NCBI GenBank assembly: GCA_965213675.1
Contig: OZ243916.1
Span: 2,592,001 to 2,656,000, forward strand
Origin: an uncultured Candidatus Binatia bacterium
GTDB taxonomy: Bacteria; Desulfobacterota; Binatia; UBA9968; JAJDTQ01
Direction of reading: 5' to 3'
DNA: 64,000 bases
The stretch's first letter is position 1, and every line of letters starts with the position of its first letter. Under the pieces are notes generated by a model. That model ran no database searches, had not been told where the DNA came from, and saw nothing but the letters and a program-made list of their open reading frames with translations. Of the stretch, positions 60,077 through 64,000 are shown piece after piece. The translations under genes and the position numbers were made by a program.

Positions 60077-60946
60077 ATGGCTAAAGAGGAAAGCGTAACC
60101 GTCTACCGGGCTCTCAGCTTGGGGGCTGGAGCCCAGAGTTCAGTTCTAGCGCTCTTGCTTTCTCGGTCCGATGCTCGCTTGGCCAAGCTTGGTTATCGGA
60201 AACCCGACGTCGCCATCTTTGCCGACACTGGATGGGAGCCTGAGTACGTTTACCGCCATCTGGACTGGCTAGAAAAACAACTGACCTATCCATTAGTCCG
60301 GGTATCCGAGGGCAATCTAAGGACGAACCTGAAGCGAGGTCGAACTGTATCGGGTCATCGTTTCGTTGATGTACCCCTATTCACGATCGATCCGGGTGGC
60401 AAGAAGGGGATGCTGCGGCGGCAGTGCACGAACCACTACAAGATACGGCCCATCTATCGACGAATTCGGAGGCTTGCTGGTGGACAACCTGGCCGACCGT
60501 TTCCCAGAGATACCCATGCCGAAATGTGGCTTGGTATTTCCCTGGACGAGGTGGGCCGCATGAAGCCGAGTAGGGAGTCGTGGGTCGAACATCGCTGGCC
60601 TCTTGTCGACATCGGCATGACGCGTGAGGATTGCATCGACTGGTTCAACTCTGAGTATCCAGAACGCCATCTGCCTCGGTCAGCCTGCGTCATCTGCCCC
60701 TACCGCTCAGACGACCACTGGTCGGAACTCAAGGAGCGTGAACCGGCGAGCTACAAGGAAGCCATCGAGTTCGACCGCTGGCTTCGGAGAAGCACCGACA
60801 CCCCTATACGGAAGCTGTTGAATGGCCGACCGTACCTGCACGCGGCTCGCCGTCCCCTCGCCAGTGTCATGGAAGACCGGGAGACGGGCCGCGCGACCAG
60901 CATCGACAACTTCAACAACGAGTGCGAGGGCCTCTGTGGTGTCTGA
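60077..60946 (+). CDS. Cys-rich PP-loop (adenine nucleotide alpha hydrolase / PAPS-reductase-like) protein
   Basis: LSLGAGAQS, FADTGWE, RRQCT..YKIRP, RSACVICPY, terminal ECEGLCGV. Confidence 0.8.
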   Translation: MAKEESVTVYRALSLGAGAQSSVLALLLSRSDARLAKLGYRKPDVAIFADTGWEPEYVYRHLDWLEKQLTYPLVRVSEGNLRTNLKRGRTVSGHRFVDVPLFTIDPGGKKGMLRRQCTNHYKIRPIYRRIRRLAGGQPGRPFPRDTHAEMWLGISLDEVGRMKPSRESWVEHRWPLVDIGMTREDCIDWFNSEYPERHLPRSACVICPYRSDDHWSELKEREPASYKEAIEFDRWLRRSTDTPIRKLLNGRPYLHAARRPLASVMEDRETGRATSIDNFNNECEGLCGV

Positions 60947-62186
60947 GACAGGAACCGTGACAATCAGGCCAGAATATCCCTTGTACCCATACCAAAGACA
61001 AGTTCTGGCCGACATTCTCCGTGCACTATCATCTCCTGAACCTCGTGTGGTCGCTCATCTTCCTACCGGCGCCGGCAAGACTCGGATCGCAGCACACGCC
61101 GCTTGTCACCTCCTCAACGAAAGGGACACCGAAGACTCTCTCGTCATCTGGCTGGCAGCCACAGAGGAACTTTGCGAACAGGCGGCCGACCAACTGTCAG
61201 ACGCGTGGACGCATCTGGGCCGGCGCGAGGTCTCCATTCATCCCTATTGGGGAAGCCAGTCAACTGACTTGCGACGTCTCCCCTCCGGTTTCTTGGTGAC
61301 CGGCCTTGCCAAGCTACGCTCCATTGCCTTCCAAGACAACACCCTTCTCGCGCACCTAGCCCAGTGTGCCGCGGCCGTCATCTTTGACGAAGCTCACCAG
61401 GCGATCGCCAACACCTACTCCTACATTACAGACCAGCTTTGCAGTGTAAGGCCACCCCTTCTCGGCCTCACAGCCACTCCCGGGCGGACCGCGAATATCA
61501 CGGATGCCGACTTTCGGCTTGCAGAGATGTTCAAGCACAACAAGGTTTCTATAGATCCAAGGGGGCACGACAACCCAGTTACCTATCTGATTCAAAACCA
61601 CTACTTGGCCGATCCACGCTTCGTGCCAATCGGCTTCGATTCGGACACGACGATCACTGAGCCCCTGCCCGGGGCCGACTACAGCACAGAGGATCTCAAG
61701 GACATGGGCCGGAGCCGCCAACGCACACGCAAGATCGTAGAACTAGCCGAGGATGCAGCGGCACGCCATCCCCGCACTATAGTGTTTTGCCCGTCTGTCG
61801 AAAGTGCTCTGGAATGCACCGACCTCCTTCACGCAAAGGGTGTCATTGCTGATGTTGTCACCGCTGAGACCCCCATAGAAGTTCGTCAAACCGCCATCTC
61901 AGCCTTCCGAAGTGACCGCAGGGAACACATGGTGATATTGAACTACGGTGTACTGACCGCCGGGTTCGACGCTCCGCGCACCCGATGCGTCATCATCGCG
62001 CGGCCAACAACGTCGCTAGTGCTTTACTCACAGATGGCCGGGCGGGCGATGCGCGGCCCTAAAGCCGGTGGAAATTCAAAGGCCGAGATACTCACGGTGG
62101 CAGACACGAACCTACCGGGGTTCGGGTCCGTGACTGATGCCTTCACAAATTGGGAGCACCTATGGTCAACCAACTCGCCGAATTAG
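60939..62186 (+). CDS. Superfamily 2 DEAD/DEAH helicase (ResIII-like)
   Basis: LPTGAGKT, DEAH, GLTATP, LTAGFDAP, QMAGRAMRG; the likely GTG start overlaps the upstream stop. Confidence 0.9.
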   Translation: MSETGTVTIRPEYPLYPYQRQVLADILRALSSPEPRVVAHLPTGAGKTRIAAHAACHLLNERDTEDSLVIWLAATEELCEQAADQLSDAWTHLGRREVSIHPYWGSQSTDLRRLPSGFLVTGLAKLRSIAFQDNTLLAHLAQCAAAVIFDEAHQAIANTYSYITDQLCSVRPPLLGLTATPGRTANITDADFRLAEMFKHNKVSIDPRGHDNPVTYLIQNHYLADPRFVPIGFDSDTTITEPLPGADYSTEDLKDMGRSRQRTRKIVELAEDAAARHPRTIVFCPSVESALECTDLLHAKGVIADVVTAETPIEVRQTAISAFRSDRREHMVILNYGVLTAGFDAPRTRCVIIARPTTSLVLYSQMAGRAMRGPKAGGNSKAEILTVADTNLPGFGSVTDAFTNWEHLWSTNSPN

Positions 62187-64000
62187 AACACGCAGACCGC
62201 AACCTTTTTCCGAGCAATTTCACGATAAGGGCGCTGCGGGATAGCCGGTACCACAACACCGCCTACGCCATTGCTGAACTGATTGACAACTCCGTTGAAG
62301 CACACGCCGAGCAAATAGACCTCCTCTGCATGGAGCGGGTGCAAAACACCGCCCTCCAAAAGCGTCGACGAGTATCCGAGGTGGCCGTCATCGATAACGG
62401 GGTGGGAATGGATGTCAAAACGCTCTTCGAGGCCCTGAAATTTGGAGGAGGAACCCGTCACCACGCAGACCGAGGGATCGGAAAATATGGAATGGGCTTG
62501 CCCACGTCGTCAATGTCTCAGTGCAAAAGAGTAGACGTCTGGACATGGCAGGAGGACATAGATTCGGCGTGGCATTCCAGTATTGACGCCGACGAGATCG
62601 AGCAAGGGGACCACAGAGCTCCGCTCCCCGACCGAGACACACCCATACCGAAGGTGTGGTTAGAGGCGGCCAGCGACCGCATACTCAACCATCGCTCCGG
62701 TACAATTGTCGTATGGACAAAGCTCGATAAGATCCAATGGCGCACCGGCGGCACCATCCTTCGGCACACCGCGCGAGAGGTCGGTCGTATCCACCGCTAT
62801 TGGATTGATGCCGACATGACCAAGATACGCATCGGGTATTTTCTCAACAACCGACCGACAAATATCGAAAACGAAGGCCATATTGTGGCCAACGATCCTC
62901 TCTACTTAATGACTCCTTCCTCGACACCCGCACCATGGGACAACAAGCCAATGTTCAAGCAATGGGCGACACCTACCGAATATACGGCCACTGTGGACGA
63001 CAAAGAGGTGCCGATCCAGGTACGATACTCCATCGTCACACCCGAAGCACTACAGACCACCGTCGTTGCGCAGCTTCCCGGCGCGACAGACCACGGCAAA
63101 CACGCTAGACATAACATCGGGGTATCTGTTGTTCGAGAGGATAGGGAGATTGTACTCGAAACGGCCTTCCTCCGAGAGGGCGGGAGTGCAGAAAATCCAC
63201 AAAACCGGTGGTGGGGCTGTCAAGTCCAATTCGGTCGTGTTTGCGACGAGTTGTTTGGAGTAGACCACAACAAACAAATGGTCGCTAACTTTACCCACGC
63301 TGCAAAGACTCTCCTCCAAGACGACCGTCCGAATCAAGTCATACTTGACGAGTTGGGCGTCGACGATGACATCATCTACACCATAGTTGCAGACATCCGC
63401 GACCAGACCCGCGCAATGATGGCCACCATTAGACAAATGTTTGCACAACGACGACCTCAACCACATGGACCTACGACGAATAATCCCGAAAAGAAGGCGG
63501 CAAAGACCGCCACTGAGGCTGACCGAGACGCGATGGAATCTGGCAAGGAGAACCCCACCAAGACGGACCGGGATCGGGACGACATTCCGCCAGAGGATCG
63601 CGAGGCTGAACTTACCAAACAGTTCATGAACGCCGGGCAAACGGCTCAGGACGCCAAGACGCTCGCCAAACTGCTTGTGCAGGAGGGCCTTTCTTACCAA
63701 TTCAACTCGATGCAGCTCGACGGTTTCCAAATATTCAATGTTCGGTCGAACCAAGGGGTTCTACACATCAATCTGAACACCGATCATCCCATTTATGACC
63801 TCCTCAAACACATTGAAGACGACCTTCCTGAGGATGTCGACGAGAACAATCCCGCGTTCCAGGCCAGCGTGGCGATCAGATTGTTATTGTCATCGTGGGC
63901 TCGAATGGAGGATCAAACCGAATCACGCGAACAGCGCGCACACATACAGGACACCGCCATGAACTGGGGACGTCAGGTTGATAAAGCTATCAGCCAGTTG
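62162..64000 (+). CDS. MORC-like GHKL ATPase (runs off the window; absent from ORF track)
   Basis: Manual translation from ATG 62162: ALRDSRYHNTAYAIAELIDNS, IDNGVGM, GIGKYGMGLP, SGTIVVW, later GVSVVREDRE, RWWG, DELFGV..NKQ; no stop seen to base 64000. Confidence 0.9.
   Translation, partial: MVNQLAELEHADRNLFPSNFTIRALRDSRYHNTAYAIAELIDNSVEAHAEQIDLLCMERVQNTALQKRRRVSEVAVIDNGVGMDVKTLFEALKFGGGTRHHADRGIGKYGMGLPTSSMSQCKRVDVWTWQEDIDSAWHSSIDADEIEQGDHRAPLPDRDTPIPKVWLEAASDRILNHRSGTIVVWTKLDKIQWRTGGTILRHTAREVGRIHRYWIDADMTKIRIGYFLNNRPTNIENEGHIVANDPLYLMTPSSTPAPWDNKPMFKQWATPTEYTATVDDKEVPIQVRYSIVTPEALQTTVVAQLPGATDHGKHARHNIGVSVVREDREIVLETAFLREGGSAENPQNRWWGCQVQFGRVCDELFGVDHNKQMVANFTHAAKTLLQDDRPNQVILDELGVDDDIIYTIVADIRDQTRAMMATIRQMFAQRRPQPHGPTTNNPEKKAAKTATEADRDAMESGKENPTKTDRDRDDIPPEDREAELTKQFMNAGQTAQDAKTLAKLLVQEGLSYQFNSMQLDGFQIFNVRSNQGVLHINLNTDHPIYDLLKHIEDDLPEDVDENNPAFQASVAIRLLLSSWARMEDQTESREQRAHIQDTAMNWGRQVDKAISQL

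Noticed and set aside
60077-60946. Assigning cysH, dndC or sspD
   Set aside because: PP-loop variant, length and Cys pattern differ, and there are no sulfate-assimilation or other dnd/ssp genes inside the window.
62183-63754. Minus-strand and short ORFs listed in the track at the right end
   Set aside because: They are shadows of the plus-strand MORC ATPase frame, which lacks a stop inside the window.

Overview
High-GC bacterial window. The gene content (Calx-beta autotransporter, several amidohydrolases, Rieske dioxygenases, a BoxB-like protein) suggests a deltaproteobacterial/Binatota-like, possibly host-associated organism; this is inference only. From left to right: (1) a 5'-truncated giant repetitive autotransporter/adhesin; (2) a translationally coupled seven-gene operon of unknown function built around membrane proteins and an orphan GlmL-like (ASKHA-fold) ATPase; (3) a YejABEF-type peptide ABC transporter with a YejE-YejF fusion; (4) LolB-like and TPR lipoproteins, ligA and rsmI; (5) a long aromatic/heterocycle catabolism region with gene scars, REP-like repeats and TA modules; (6) pgi, apparently starting at ATC, and an amidase; (7) from about 53.6 kb, a mobile/defence region. 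That region holds a NYN RNase behind a structured, terminated leader RNA, an IS-truncated HNH nuclease, nested IS3/IS1182 elements and a divergent micro-protein pair. It ends in a lower-GC XRE - IrrE-type peptidase - Cys-rich PP-loop enzyme - SF2 helicase - MORC/GHKL ATPase operon that runs off the right edge; the ATPase is absent from the ORF track. No tRNA, rRNA or CRISPR array was seen. Best candidates for undescribed systems: the PP-loop/helicase/MORC operon, the GlmL-like membrane operon, and the leader-RNA/NYN module.
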